A DNA stretch of 64,000 nucleotides. Source: Takakia lepidozioides (lineage: Eukaryota; Plantae; Bryophyta). A model generated the notes under the pieces. It had not been told where the DNA came from. It ran no database searches and worked only from the letters and a program-made list of their open reading frames with translations. This document shows, piece by piece, positions 13,801 to 28,857 of this stretch. Location of the stretch: assembly GCA_030704615.1 (NCBI GenBank), contig CM060731.1, forward strand, positions 59,086,001 to 59,150,000, in the 5' to 3' direction. Every line of letters begins with the position of its first letter. Position 1 is the stretch's first letter. The position numbers and the translations under genes were made by a program.

Positions 13801-15831
13801 CGTACCAGGGCCCAAATTGTTCACCAACGGTTTAAAGACTCCAGCGCCGGCTACTTGGATGACTACTTGAGGATTCTTCTCACACAGATTGTCCAGCAGT
13901 TTCTCCGCCATCTCCTTCTCATCTTGGGTGCAGAGGCTACATGCACTTGCAATTGAGAACACACACCCTGTCACCTTGAGCATAGTTTGCCTGCCTGCCT
14001 CCACCTTTGAAAGCTCAAACAGCAACTGGACGACCCCACTTGTCTCAGTGGGACTTTTGGTGAGCATACGTAATAAGACAGGCACAACTCCCGCATTTAT
14101 CAAGTGCACCTTCATCCACACCATGTAACCTCTTGCTCAGAAAATCTTTCAGGGTAGGGCAAGATACCTTGATCACCCATGAACCAACATACCACTGTAC
14201 AACAAATATCTACGATAAAAGAAAGCATGGGGCAACAAAAAATCATTTAAGTCAACTTGTCAGTTTGGCAAATTTCAACTGGGACTGTCATTGCAAACCC
14301 ATTCTCTTGTGTTTGCCAATTTAGTGAGGTAGGCATGTTAAACTTCTCGAATCAAGCACATTCACATTTTCACTTGCAACCACCCCCCCTTAAACCCATC
14401 AGATATGACTATCCAGACACACTATTTCTTTGCCTCAGGTTTTCCAGTTCTCAATTCACACAGTTTGTCCATAGGTTGTTTATACAATCTATGAAGGAAA
14501 AGTGCTTGTGACATCCGCACCTTGAATTCCTCTCCAGATACTGCAACGCCACAAAGAATTCTCAAGATCTTCTCCCTCAGCACCTGTGCAGCAGGTTTTA
14601 AGATGTCCACCAGTGGCTGAAGCCCTTCCATCTCAACAAGATGCCGCTTGTACTGAGCATTTGTATCAATTTGACTCTTAATGGTAGCAACAGCATCCTC
14701 AATCTCGGAATCACTTCCCCGTGCCCTAATCTTTTCAATGGCGTCAAATAGTTTTTCCTGTATCATGTGTTCGAAATATTCATCCATTGCCTGCCTCAGA
14801 TTGCGATTCTCAACCAACTCCATGCTGTCAAGCTCTTCTCCTGTGTCTGGGCATGTTCGATGCCCCCTTGCAAACCATTCAAGAATTGCAGCTCTCTCGT
14901 AGGTGTACCCAGCTGCAACCAGCATATAAGGCTCCTGCATTATTTGTCCTGTAATTGGGCAGAAAAAAGAGCTAGGGATGTTGCCCGATCCTGAGCGATA
15001 AAAAGGAGAATCCTCTGAGGCTAGCCTTCTCACATCGGCCAGAACAGCAGCATGGCTAAGCAGGTCACAAAGCTCCCGCAGCTCCTGAACCTCTGCTGTT
15101 TTCCTCTCCCTTTCTGCAGTCTCCAGGGCATCTTGCAATTCTAACTTCAGTTCTGCTGCAGCCGATAATGGTATTTGAAGGTGATTTGCAATAGACCGGA
15201 GGAGGGCTGTGGAGTAGCGTTCACCTGAGTAATGTTCAGACAGGCCTGTGGCTATATCATTTGCCATATCCTCATGGCCTGGCTCAGGGAAAAACACTGC
15301 TTCCCCAAGCTTATTTCTCAGATCAATCACCACATCCATAAACTCCTGAGATGCCAAGTCAGGGGAAAAAAACAAAGCAGCCTTTAAATCTGCAACAAGC
15401 TTTCGAATTTCTTCTACCAGATCACTGCAATGATAGAGCAGGTAGATGCGACTTCCTGTGGTGCAGCGCTTGATAAAGCTACAGACTGCCTGTGCTACAT
15501 TTGCAAGCTGACGGAGTGTGACCCGTGTTGCCTCAGTCTTCAGGAGCTTCTGATCACTGCTTAGGTACTCCAATAGTGGACGGAGCTCTGCTAAATAATA
15601 TGCCAACATCAAGAAGTTGGCCTTATTTATCACAATTCCCTTGACAATTGTCTTTGTCTCATGTATAGATCTCAGAATTTCCATCACAAGCTCAGATGCC
15701 GGTTGAGCCAATGCCACTTGGTGGCATCGCACTGCCTCTCCAACTGGTTGCGGGCACCCTAAGGTCTCATTTACCCTCTGTATGGCCATTGATGCTTGAC
15801 TCACCACCAGATATGAGTCTGATGCAACCAT
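10876..15831 (-). CDS. Plant U-box/ARM-repeat E3 ubiquitin ligase (PUB43/44-like architecture), about 5 coding exons
   Basis: N-terminal helical region, U-box IPSSFFCPITGQIMQEP...YTYERAAILEWF...CP, and multiple ARM repeats. Approximate exons 15831-14521, 14109-13806, 13208-12944, 12703-11966 and 11318-10876 with GT-AG boundaries. Confidence 0.9.
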
Positions 15832-17390
15832 CTCTATACAGACCTCAACTCATGCAAAAGGTCCCTGCAGAGCTGCTGTTCAGGAGGATGAACTTATGAC
15901 AAACAAATTTTTCCTACTTGCTGCTTGCCTAGCCTCTTTTACACAGGATAGGACTCATCATTCAGCTATTTGTGGTTATGAACATTCGTGGCAGAGGCCT
16001 GCCATGGACTACATTTTGCGGACATATCAAGCTAAAGTGGCCTCCAAACAGAGACTTTTATGTGTTTTGTATTATAGATCCAGAGCTTCTTTGTCTCTTT
16101 ACTCACACTACTGTTTTGACTCTGCTGATCTGTCACAATTCCTTTCTCCCAATTCCACCAAGTTTTGTCCTGGAAATCCACCAGCCTGCCCCTTCATCCA
16201 ATTCATCCCTTCATTGATTGTTAGAAACCAACAACATAACGAGACATTCGGCCTGATATCACCTAGCTGATATACCGGTCCAATGACTATATCTTAACAG
16301 CATGCCATCTCAGTCTGGTTCGGAACCTTATTTGGCAGGGACCACCTGGTGAGATTGCTGAATTGTGATAGAAACTGCCAGTTTCCTCTGTCCTGTTGGC
16401 TTCATCCCTATTAGTTAACCGGCAGTTTTCCTTCGCATCACTGTTTACCCCGTCCTCCTATCCCACCTTGCAAGTTCCCTTCACCCATCAACACTACTCC
16501 AGTTTTATGCTCTACAAATTTTCTCTCCGCCGACTGTGTGTATATGTCCAACCCAACTTTACTCTTGCATCCTGAGATGAAGGATTTCCTGTTTCTCTAT
16601 CCCTCCCTGGAGGAGTTGGCATCCAAAGTACCCGTCTACAGATTATATCGAGCACAAATGAGGCAGGGTCAAATTATTCCGCCAATCCAACTGATTTACG
16701 GCATTTGGCTGATCGCATTTCCTTGCAAACCCGTACTTCGTGTAAAGTTTGGCTAACATCAATCGTCTTTGGAGCAAACAACATGAGAGGAAGAAAGCGA
16801 TACAGAATCAGCGTAGATACTGTAAAGCGCGGGCATCAGTGAAACGAGCTCCTGCCTCTTGCAAGAGCCATCAAGAGAACAACACTTCCACACCAAGTAT
16901 AATGCCAGGGAAGACAAACGGCCGCTCCAACTAAACCTCCGGCACAGCCATGACCGTGATTCTGGCAGCCAAATCCAACTGTTCCTTGCAGCCCACGCAC
17001 ATGCATAACACTGCTCACAACGGTGCGGCTGTAAATCCGACAAACTCGCATTGTTTTCTTTAGCTAGTTCACCTGATCGGTAGATTGTCCCTTCTACTAG
17101 GACAAATCTAAAGTGTCTGACCATTTATGGATTTTACCCTTGGGAGCTTGAGGGGAGAAGAAAGTGAGTGATGCCCCAGTTCATGTCGTGTCCTCAACGC
17201 CATCAGGAAGTCAATGACTCCCTTCCATCTCTGCTCTAGCACCAACTGGAACGCTGCTGCAGCGTCCTCGCCAGGGCCCACACATCAAACGCGGGAGTTG
17301 GGGCCCTCAACTTTGACTTGTATCTTCGCTTGTCAGCAACCACAGATCCCGAGGTCTTCTCTCTCAAATTTTCTGACATCGCTCAACCCC

Positions 17391-17403
17391 AAACCCTAAA
17401 CCC
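17391..17403 (+). promoter_or_regulatory. Telo-box (AAACCCTA) in the divergent PUB/ARP7 promoter
   Basis: AAACCCTAAACCC lies about 310 bp upstream of the ARP7 ATG. Confidence 0.4.
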
Positions 17404-17648
17404 TGGACACTTGAGTCTTGCACGACTCCAACACTCTTGATTACGTGGGAACAGAAGACAACACGGGAACCCGAGTGATTTGTCTCTCGCTCCCCCCGTC
17501 TGTTTGCTGTCAGTGTGTTTCTTTGACTGGCCCTCACTTGGGCTTCCATTAGAAACTGAATATCGCTCTACTGGAGAGTCTTTGGTTTGTAAACTTTTGG
17601 CTGGGGTTCTCCCACTTTCTTGAAGCAAAGTTAGAATAAAACAAGAGA

Positions 17649-17651
<3 letters not shown>

Positions 17652-17680
<29 letters not shown>
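17652..17680 (+). repeat. (GA)n microsatellite in the ARP7 5' leader
   Basis: About 14 GA units seen directly. Confidence 0.95.
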
Positions 17681-17685
<5 letters not shown>

Positions 17686-17710
17686 TAAAGAGATTCCAAA
17701 GGGGCTATCG

Positions 17711-20700
17711 ATGGAGGCAGCAGTGGTGGACTCGGGTTCCCTGTATCTGAAGGCGGGTCTGGCCTTCCCCGACCAAGACCCTTCCCTGGTGGGGTTGTCC
17801 TCCCTCCGGTACTCCTTTGCTTTTGTGAAGTCAAGTGTTGGGCTGGATATTTAGGTGGTTCTGTGAGGAGGAAAGAGGGATAGCGGTGGATGTAGGATTT
17901 TACTTTGGCTTGTCTCTCGTCCTTTCCGTGCTTTTACTTCCTTGAACATGCGAAGTGAATTCTTAGATCGTGTTGCAACTGAGATTAGGGGTTGTGGGAG
18001 GAGTCCAATGCCGGTGCCGGGTTACATGCTGCAATTGTTAGTAATTTCTAAGTAGGTTGCACTGGACGCTATCCTTCTAATACCAAGCGTGGCCGCAGAT
18101 ACTTTCAACCACAATGCAGCGTGTTAAAAATGACGAGGTGGGGCGAGCCAACAGCGGATCAAAGCAGAAGAAAAGCGGGGCGGTAGGCGACATGGTGCAA
18201 CCTATCGAGCGAGGAATGATTAAAGATTGGGACGCAATGGAGGATTTATGGCGCTATGTATTCTACACAGGTCTTGGCTGGGAGCCTGGCAACGAAGGCC
18301 AGCTCCTCATTGCAGAGCCGCTCTTAACTCCAAAGGTCTTCCTCTGCCTTTGGCTTTTACTCTATCTGCCTCTCTCATTTCACCCGCCACTCCCCTATTC
18401 CTATCGACCCTTTTCTCGCTAATATTTACACACCTGCACCTGCAAAACAGATGCTATGCTCATAGTTTACAGCACTACAATGCCAAGGGGATGTCTCTTG
18501 TTGGGACGGTGAGTTTCTTTCTTGTTCTCTCTTGCTCTCTCTGAACGTTCCAATCTCCGGGTCTGAAAGCCTATGTGCGATGTGTGCTGGAGTGTGCCCC
18601 CAGGCGGCGTCATGCCCTGTCCTCTTTGTCTGTAAAAGGAAATCCTGCTCTAAGTTTGTGGGCTTGAAATCAACTTACGGGCTGTTCTCTTTGCTGTTTG
18701 GCCTTCAGATAGCACGAGAAAGAATGGTGCAGACTATGTTTGAGACATTCAATGTGGGGGGGCTCTATGCTGTTGAGCAGGCAGTGCTGTCTCTCTATGC
18801 AGTTGGTCGCATCACAGGAGTTGCCGTTGATGTGGGACATGGAAAGATAGGTGAATCCACATTCTCTTTCACAACCACAATTCTGTAAAGATCTGTAGAT
18901 GGTCATCATTGGAGAGATAACCTTTAAGTACAAGGGGGAAGCACTATTATTGATTCCGGGGCTGGAAGGTGAAGTGTTGGGCTTAGTATTGGTTAAGGAG
19001 GCTGATGACACTAAACAAGGAGGAGTGATATAAGGGTGCTTCCCATGCACAATCTGGTAAGTTGGAAACCTTCCAATATTCTATGCATACTGAGGTGAGG
19101 GCCCATGTATATAGCACCAGTTCCCAAATCACATGGCTATCTGTTTCAGTCTCTGCATCATGGTAAACCAATATGGGACTTTGTAGCCCTTTATGAGGCG
19201 TTTGTCTGATCTGAACTCATTCATTCATCCCTGTGGTCAATGAGAAACAAAATGCAGAACAAAATGGAGCTCCATAATGTCTAGAGAAAACCCAAAGACT
19301 CAGCGGACTCTACGTGCTGTAGCCTCATGGCTGTAGAATCCCCCTTGGTTTAGGAGGAGTGAGAGGGTCTGTGATATAGAGAGAGAAAGAATGGAGAAAG
19401 GGGTAATATTTTAGCGGCTGTGAGAGGGTGGGGGAGAGGGTATTTTGTGTGATACCTTTGTGCAGGTCTGTCTCTAAGCCATTGCAAGTCTACTGACAAC
19501 AGCCCTGATGCATGGTGGGCAAGGCCCTCTGTCGATGTGTGTCTGTGCGTGTAATGTGGCCAGATTTTGCGCCCGTTTGGGAAGGTGCCATTCAGCATAA
19601 TGCAGTGAAGCGATTTGAGCTGGGCGGCCAGGATGTCAGTGCCCTACTTGAACGCCAGTTTGCACAATCACAGCCACATCTATGCTTGAGCCCTTCAACG
19701 ATTGAGATGCTCAAAGAGAAGTATGCAGTGGTGCTGGAAGATCAATCAGATTATGCCAGCTCAGCTGAGGCATGCCCCTCTGTGGAGCACACATTGCCAG
19801 ACGGGCAGGTCTGTAAGTTCTGTTCAGCACTCGGTGTGGTTAATCAAATCTGTCAAAATGTCATGTAGAATGCTTTGTCGACTTCATGTTGGACCCCACT
19901 TGAATCTCATTTGTTAGCCAAGTTATCTAACGAGTTTGGGAACTGAAATTCAGGTGATCACAATTGGAAGGGAGAGGTATACTGTTGGTGAGGCACTATT
20001 TCAGCCCTCAATACTCGGGATTGAAGAGGATGGGTTGGCCGAGCAGTTATTGCGGAGTGTGTCGATGTGTTACCCTCCAGAGAACCAAAGACAACTTGTT
20101 GACAACATTGTGCTTTGTGGGGGCACCTCCATCATGACGGGTAGGCCTGAATTATGGCACCTCTCACCTACTGTGTCTGTTAATGTGCTGTTTCTTGGCT
20201 TTTTGGAGGCTTATCCATCTTTGCCTTTCCTTTCTTCTGTGTTTGGCTCATGTGATCATTTGTACACCCACGCTTTGAAGGTACACACCTTTCTGTAAGT
20301 CTCTCGTCAGCATGCAGAAGTGTCACAGCTGTCTGTCAGCATGATTGTACTGCGACAGGGTTTGATGCACGGTTCCAGAAGGAAGCAGTACTGGCTGCGA
20401 ATAACTCATCTCGACCCTCTTTGATTAAGGTGCATGTCAATTGTTGTGTCCTTTTGCATTATCCAGCTTTGGTGTTTATTAGCTGCTACTCGTAGTGGAC
20501 CTGGCTAAAATGGCTTCCCATGCCAGTTTCAGGGTCCATTGATGGTATTTACTGCACGATTGTTTCTGTGCCACTTTTGTGAGATTTTCCAGCTTTGGCT
20601 CAGGGCAGATTCCTGAGAAGCCTGAGAAGAGTGTTGACACTTTGCGTAACACTCACTAATGTCTTGAAAGAGAATACGATCTGTTTACTGACATTAGGGT

Positions 20701-20881
20701 TGTTGGTTTTGATGGGGTGGGTTAATAGCCACCAGAGTACATGCCGGAAAATACATTGCGAAATTCTGCATGGATGGGTGGAGCAATTTTGGCTAAAGTC
20801 GTGTTTCCCCAGAATCAGCACATAACCAAAGCTGAGTATGACGAGACTGGTCCCCCTATTGTCCACCGCAAGTGCTTTTAA
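17711..20881 (+). CDS. ARP7: Actin-related protein 7, 7 exons
   Basis: [16 protein letters not shown]..., [55 protein letters not shown], and PPEYMPEN...[19 protein letters not shown]...IVHRKCF*. Approximate exons 17711-17788, 18099-18335, 18709-18850, 19564-19808, 19954-20140, 20359-20429 and 20729-20881. Confidence 0.93.
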
Positions 20882-21692
20882 GAAGCCTTGGAGGAAATCC
20901 CCACATGCTCACTCTTTTTCAGAAACATTGGGGACACACTCAGTAAACTCCAAATCATGTCATTCATTGTTGGGACATGGGAAGTTCTGCCTGGCTCCTC
21001 TTTTTCTCTTTTATCACATGTGTTGCCCAGTGAGCTGCATTGCTAGAAGCAACCCTATACCTTCACATAACAGGACAGCAGGTCCATTGTGTTCTGTGTA
21101 CCTAGGTTGTTTTCAGCTTTTTACTGAGCATGCCTAAAACCGAGCACCTAGAGCACATAGAGCACCTACCCTTCTAGATGATGGTCAGACTATCTCAAAC
21201 TGACTATCTCATGGTTATGAACTAGTTTTTAAGATTTTGCAAGAATTTCAAAGGGGTACAAACTTCCGACGGTACTGCTGCAAGGTGTATGTGATATGCT
21301 GATGTCTTCTGGCCTTCCTTAAGTCATTTCCTCATTTTGAATATAATTAAGAAAATCCTTTGGGTTCCTCTACAGCAAAGTGTGAACTTTAAGGATCCTG
21401 GGACCTGAAGGCAGACTAAAGCCGTTTTGGTACTGGACTAAAATTGCAAAGTGAGATGAAAAGCTTCTTGAAAAAATAATACTACATGATGACCCACACA
21501 ACGACAAAAGCTGTTGTCAATATGGGTTCAGCTGCAGTCAAAGTGGCTGACCAGTCCTCACGCAGACAAGTTTTTGAATGCCACAAGTATCAATATTGTA
21601 GTTCCGCATCCACCACCATCCTGTAGTACAGATAAAACTATACCCCTCCCAAAAACGAACGGCATAACCCAAGAAAGCACATGATAAGAAAA

Positions 21693-24600
21693 CTAAAAGT
21701 TCAAAACATCCAAAAGTTGTCGGTATCGCGGAGTCTCCTCATCAAAAATGTAAGTCAGCGGTGATACCAACACTCCACTGCCTCCTGCCTGTGGACCACA
21801 CAATATTCTGTTTAGAGTGATTCCCTATGTGTTTCAAGTTTCCAGTCAATATTGTTGAGTAAAATGAGCAGCAGGAAAAGCCCTATTCCTGTGCAACTGA
21901 TGCTGTCTCTCTGAAGACATGCATTTCTAGAGAACAACGTCTGGCCTGTATGACTATCAGTACCTCTTTGACCGGTTATCGCTCATGCTTCTTCGTAGGA
22001 AGTCGATACATATTCAAGGGCTACTTAAGGCGTTTTTGCTGCCTACTTCCCCTGGAGCCTCAGAAGTTCCTAGGCATTGATAATGGTTCTTCACACAGCT
22101 AGGTGCATGATGTAACCTCCTCAGTATTTGCCCTAAGTGACACATTGTGGTGACCAAGCGTTTTGTTGAGAGCAGCAATTCCTCTTTACTTTAGTGCACC
22201 CTCACTAGGTACGTCTGTGCCCTGGATGCAAAGGATAACAAAATTGCATAACATCCGAAAAGTAGTGAAAGGCATTCAACAGTACCTCTCTCAGTTGGCG
22301 TATTGCCTGGTAGAGCTTTGGCTTGGGTACACAGATGACAATCGCATAGTAGTCTATTGAAACCTTTCCAGTTTTGTTAGTGTAAACTGGACTTATAGTA
22401 GGCCCCTGCAGACACAGGATCAAGCTGTGCAGTCAATTGCTACTTCTCTCTATGTCCCTACCCTTCTGAAGGGTGGCAGTGTAACCACAGCACAATTATA
22501 GGGCTAAAGTCACACTGCTGAATCAGCATGGAGTCCTATGGTTTGATTTGGTGGTAACCAGTAAATCACCTGTCAAACTTGGCTATGAGTGGAAATACAG
22601 AATGCTCCCCATGAATACCCAAGGCTTGTCCTGACATTATCGCTGTCACAAACCTCTATCTGGTCACTTACAAACACAGTGATGCTCAAGCATAGACACA
22701 GGAATCAGTTGGCTGCTGAAGAATTTTGACCTGGAATTGCAAACATTGCTTGCAGCTTGCCAATTGAGTGTAGTCTAGACCTAAAGACTAAAAGAACAGG
22801 AGCTGATGACTAGGGGGTGCTTGGTTTTTAGAAAAGACGTCAGTTTCCCCAGACTGAATTTGCAACATTTGGGGTGTACCTGCAAGCCTGTATAGTCTGT
22901 GTGCCTCAGTATCCGATCGGCCACCTCTTCAGGTGAGTTGCCCCTCATGTTAGCCACCACCTGAATTAATCATGATAACTTGTTGGTATTCTGGTTTGGC
23001 AAGTTTCCATGTGCAAACCCCCTCCCATGGTAAAACCAGCTGTCTAATCAGGTCAGTGTATTACTGTGAATTGACTGCGAGCGGTCAGATGAGCCTCAAA
23101 CCGCTCAAGCATTTCGTGTGCTACGTCAAGCACTCCCTTTCTCTCCTTGAGAGCACGTTTGTTTGCCACAAATACCCCCTTCAAACACACACCATAGGCC
23201 TGGTCAGCATCACATTCCAGGAAGCTGATTACTTTTCACAGCCTACCAAAATGCAGACAAGATACTGAAACAAGATTTCCATTTTTTAATGAAGAATAAG
23301 CAGAAGCTATATTTTCTTTCCCAACCAAACAAAATGCAGTCAGGATGCATCAAAAGAAGGCATTTTGAGCTCCATTTTTCTTTCCACATCTCATTCTACA
23401 CATTACAATTATTTGCTAGACCCAGACCCCAAGAGGGCCACAGATTCAGGCATTTTGTGCAACTAGTATCCACTTTTTGAGATATATGAGACATAGAAAT
23501 ATTAACCTGGCTCTTCAAAACAGTGCCACCTGCAATCTCCTTAAGGTTGTTTTCACGCAGAGTGGTTCCACTGCTAACAAGGTCCAATATTGCATCAGCT
23601 GTGCCCATCTGGGTCAAGAAAGACAGGAATTAACTTAAAATATAACCAGCTATGACCCTTGTCTTAGTATAAGAATGTGACAGTCAATTGCTTGTTCAAA
23701 TCAAAGACCGCATCATCCAGAGCACGCACCAAATGCTTTTGCACATTTTGGCCCAGGCCCCTGGGTTGGATCATGACGAGCTGGGTCTGTAGGGGACCTA
23801 AGTTATATTCTATTGGGTTTTAAACACCCAACAAGTCCAACAGGGTTAGTAACACTGTAGTGAAGGGTTAATAATACCACAACATACCCAAACACAAACC
23901 AGTGAGTATGGTGGTAATATTATCTGCTGGACTCAGATGCCACTTCCACCCAGGGAGCCAATGGTGCTAAGAGAGCATAGGCCTACAGGCAGGCCTAAGA
24001 AAGAACTCCTCCATGACCAGGCTTTGAACCTGAGAACATATATTCAGGAAGACCCTCAAGCCTAAAACTCAGCTTACTTCATCTCTTTACATTGTACAAG
24101 CTGTTGGTTGCCTCGCTTGAATTCAAGATAATCTCCAGCTTTGAACTGGATCAAGTGCAACTGCCAACGGAATGACTGGGTGGCCTTACCAACAAATGAC
24201 AAGGAATTACTGAAAATCAGTCACATTTCTACCTGATGATTGCCCTAATGAGTATAATCCACTTCAGCAGCTTACCGCAGGCGCCGCTTCCAATGCGCCA
24301 TCGGCAGTTGACAGCTGTACATGTTTCAACCCGTTCTCTTGCAGAAACTTCCCTCCCAACTGCAATCGGCTTCAGCCCCGTGATATGTTACTCTTGAGGT
24401 CTCTTGGTGCACAGATAGCCTAATGCTGAAAATCAGAGCCGTAAGAAGAAGAGGGAAAACATGAGACGAGCATAAATAGTTATTGAGCTAGGCTCCTTAC
24501 TGGCCCAATTCTTCTCCCAGAGACTCAAAAGTTTTAGGTTCCCAACGAGAGAATCGGTCTAACCAGAAATCCACCACAGGTGCTTAGGGACCACCCATTA

Positions 24601-27600
24601 ATAGCTGGGTTGGCTACATTGGGTAACAACCAGCATACAGCAGAGTGGAGTTGAACCCACATCCATGTCTAAGGTAGTGCTTTGACAACTGTGGCCAGAT
24701 AAGGGCAGTCCACTTCATCCAAACCAATATCTCAGCTTTGGTCTGGTTGTCTAGTACAGGTTCATGATTAATTACATACACTTTCACATATCATATGCTC
24801 AAATTACTACACATAGAAACAACAACTCATGAAAAGCAGTTACTAGTCGAGTAAGAGAACCATACAGAGTGAACAGAATGCATACATAATTGTAACCTGT
24901 TACGATGCGCAAGGGCCGATCAGCCGTCCATAGTGGCATGGCTGCCAGCTCACTTAACGAAGAAATGTTTTCGAATATTCCATAAGTAGGAATCTGCAGA
25001 AATGATCAGACAGTATGGTATCACTTCTGTAGCCAACTGTGACAGAGGTCTTATTTATAGCAACGCACAGTGAAGTCCTAGTAGAAAGTCAATGGTTCTA
25101 ACGACTGTAATTGGAGCAGCTGGCTCCTCACAGCTGCAGAGACTTCGTTTTTGCTTCCAAATCGTGAAACTGCACAAGCCAACAGCCACTAGCAAACTAC
25201 ATCAATTGAAGTAAAATCACCTACTGAGCTGGCTGGTTGGAAAAGGCATGACATACCCCAATGCCAAGGTGGCATTCTCCAAAACCAAGTGCATCATGCA
25301 CAACAACGAGATCTTCATTATCCTGGCATACATCACAAACAAATAAGTCCTTGCACATTCACAACAAAGCCAAAGTCATGATAAAGTCCAGATCAACAGA
25401 ACATATCATTGTGAAGAAAGACAAACTGAATGGTCAGAAAGGAAGACGAACAGAAAAGGAAACTAATACCTTTGCAAATGCAGGATGAACCCAAATTCAC
25501 AGATGAAGTCCAAAAGCAGGAAACAAACCATTGAGACTGTACAATGTAAGAACAAAGCCAAACTGAACTGTCACAACGAAAGACCACCAGAGAGGGACAG
25601 TAAACAAGAAACAAAGTGTAGACATAAAAAAAGAGAAAGCTTGCTGTTTGTAAGAGCCACTTACAAAAAACAGTCAGATATGAAGGAACAACACACAACC
25701 CTAGCAAAAGTGCTGGCCTCATCTCTGCCTTCATCAGCATCCGACAGGGATTATTAGCACTAGAATTCTGGTATTCCGGATAATTTCTTCTGAAAGATCT
25801 GACTGTTGATGCTGTTCCAAGAAGAAGCACAACTAAGACAAGCGATGCAGGAAGCAAACTACTGGCGAGAAAAACAAAGCAGCCGGAACAGAACAAGAGG
25901 TGGAACACCATCAGAATAAACGTAAACCAAGTGGGCTAAAGAGCTCTCCCATTCAACCTGTTCATGATCATTTTGAACGGAGCCAAGGCAGCACTGCTAG
26001 CATATACTGTTTAGTGTGGAGGTCTGACAAAAACTGGTCTCAGGGCAGCAGGCCACAGGAGGAGAACTTCTTTGCCAATAGTATATGCCAAATAAGTAAA
26101 TTTCTTAAGGGAATTATGAAGTCGGCTAAAAACACAACAGACTAGTCCCATTAGGGATACAAGTCTGTTGTTCTAACAAAGCTTTCGAGAAACATTAATG
26201 AAGGTTATTTACTAAGAGCAAAAGCCAGCAATGCAGCTGAAGCAGTCTTTGCAACTTCTATCTAGAACCCCTATGTCCTTTTGGTTACAGCTGAAACCCC
26301 TCTTTTGGAGAGGGATTTGCATATCGGCAAATGTCCAATTTCTGGAAGTCTAGCAACTTCTACATAATCCTCTAATATCCAGTTAGTGGACATACGTAGT
26401 GCAGAGAAGAGACTATGAATCTAGGGAAATTACGACTGGGTTGGCCATGATGGGTGACATCCCAGATACACCTATGCGGCTTTGAACCCCACAACCACTT
26501 GTAAGGCGCCCTTGTGCCCTACCCACTAGTCCATCAGTTGGATGCTTGACAATTTTCGAATAATGCATATCAATTTGAGAGCCTAGTAAGTTCTGAACCC
26601 TCATCTGAGCGGTGACCAAATAAAAAATGGCGTAGCCGCATCCAAGAGCTTCCAAAGATGAAAACACAAACAATATCAAAAGAAATGTTATCTGACACTT
26701 AGATTCATTCCAAGAGTACGAGACCTATCATGTTTGACAGAGACTAGCTGTTACAACTCCCCATGACAGAGGGTGCAGAAGTTCTGAGTTTCTGTGTCGA
26801 CACAGGAAGACGCATCAAAGACGTAGTTTTAGCGACACCAGACATAAAACATAGAAAAATGTAAGATATTGTTTTGCAGCCATAGACCACATGCCCAGTT
26901 TTGGTTTCGGATTTTGGGAGAGAGAGGAGGGGGGCAACAAAGAGGGAGAGAGACATAAGCTAAGTAATAAGGTCGTCCTGGAAAAACTTAACGGTCGACA
27001 AAAGTTGCCTTATTTAGTTCCCTTTGTTCAATTGACAGTGACTACCTTTGGAATCATTAACTTGCTCATCTGAAGTTACTTTAGTATGAAAATGGAATTG
27101 TCTGCAGATTAGTCTATGTCATGACTTTCTCCTGCGAAGGATTTTGACTTCTTGAGATAAATCACGTCAAACTTAACAACAAAGGCCTCCCAGCTTTATG
27201 ACATGCAAGCAGGACAAAAAGTTTCAATCGAGATAATATGCCTTTCGATGCCAAGTTTACAGGAGACTTCTAAGACTTCAGATATACTAGGAATCTTCAC
27301 AGCAATTCCTCTCCGTGGTGCTCATGGATGAAAGAGACCAGCACCTTCTAAGGTAATTACTGATCCCTTCATAATTGCGCGAAAGCTCTTGACTGAATCC
27401 ATTCTTCTCTAGGCTCAAAGACTAACAACTCACCTCCCCATATTCACGAAGCATGTCGTAGCCGACAATGCCTAGATCAACATCTCCTGTCCGCAGTTTA
27501 CGCACCACATCAGACGCTCGCTGAAACCAAACCTCCAAATTCTTGAGCTGCAAACTTGAGACAAAGTCCACTCCGCTTTAGTGACAAGCGTTGGATGCAG

Positions 27601-28857
27601 AATTCAGCACATGTATAGTGACTAGATGTTCACAGGGTAGCAGCTGCCAGGCTGCTTCATACACCCCCATGTGACTAGCAGAGCGCACTCACTGAATGTG
27701 ACCAACTGGAGCCTCCAAGAGGCTAGAGAGAAACACAAGATAGCGTAGGCACAGAGGAGAAGCCATTTACCTCAGAGATATCAGCAATGTACTGGCGTGG
27801 GTTGAGCTTGCGAACTGAAAGTTGGCATTCCTGTTAACCGATGCCACGCACATGCACATCAGGACACCTTCACAGAAACATTTTGTTACAGGGTTCCCAG
27901 CCCCTCATCTAATACCTCCTTACAAAATACACATTGCAAAATATCAACCTGGAGAACACAGTCTTCACAGACAGCAAAAAAAAGGCCTTAGCTCCATGAA
28001 AAATTAATTCTGATTTGCGTGCAACTCATGACCCTTAATCTGGTAATTACAGGAGATGACTACAAGCCCAAGTGGCAAACAGGCTGACCTTTAGAAGCTC
28101 GAGTGTGTCCTCAGCCATGCGCCCTTTGCTGGGCAATGCCAGCCGCACTGTTTCACGGGCCACCGTGCGGCCCCCCTTCCCAGAACCTGAATGGTAACCC
28201 CTTCCAAATTCCATCCACATCAGTTGCCCTCTTGGATGGACCTTTACAGACACCGAGAGGCTGACATCAACCACAGTGACTTAACTTCTTCTGCGGATAA
28301 AATTCAGTAGCAGGATTGTCTTGCCACAGCGCTTCAACCATAAATATCCAATTCAGCTAGGACAACTTTATTAAACATACTGAGTCATTGATAAAGCACA
28401 AATCGGGCCTGTCAAACTATAAACCCTGGTGCGTGCCTTCCCTACTGCACGTTCAACTTTGGATCATAAATTGGGAGACAACGAAAAACAGCTTCTACTT
28501 AGATAATAGCCTGAGTGCAAAATGAGCATTCAATTGTGTACATGGGTTGTGGCGTCTGACACCCTGTTGGCAGACCAGAGCACAGAAAAATATATAGATT
28601 TGGTAGCGCCACCCGAGACATACAGACAAAACAGCTGACATGGATAACAGAGGACGGGGCTACTAACCAGTTGAGCTGACATTCGGCTGAGAAATGGTAG
28701 TAGAAGGCGGGGCAGCCTGGCACCGCAGAAGCAAATGGCCACGGTTCCTTGATCTCAACCTCAGTAAAGGCGATGGCAAGTTATTCCATGGCAGTTGTGA
28801 CCCCGGGTAGATGATGCGCGGCCCTCCTTGCACCAGTGGAGGAGGGGCCAATGCCAT
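21693..28857 (-). CDS. HISN1: Plastid ATP phosphoribosyltransferase (histidine biosynthesis), about 12 exons
   Basis: Transit-peptide-like first exon, then [80 protein letters not shown] and [20 protein letters not shown]; stop codon at 21693-21695. Confidence 0.93.

Noticed and set aside
15896-17630. Short ORFs between the PUB gene and ARP7
   Set aside because: Consistent with 5' UTR, intron and promoter sequence; no domain signal.
25393-27073. ORFs of 60-170 aa within HISN1 introns
   Set aside because: Low-complexity intronic frames with no recognisable motifs.
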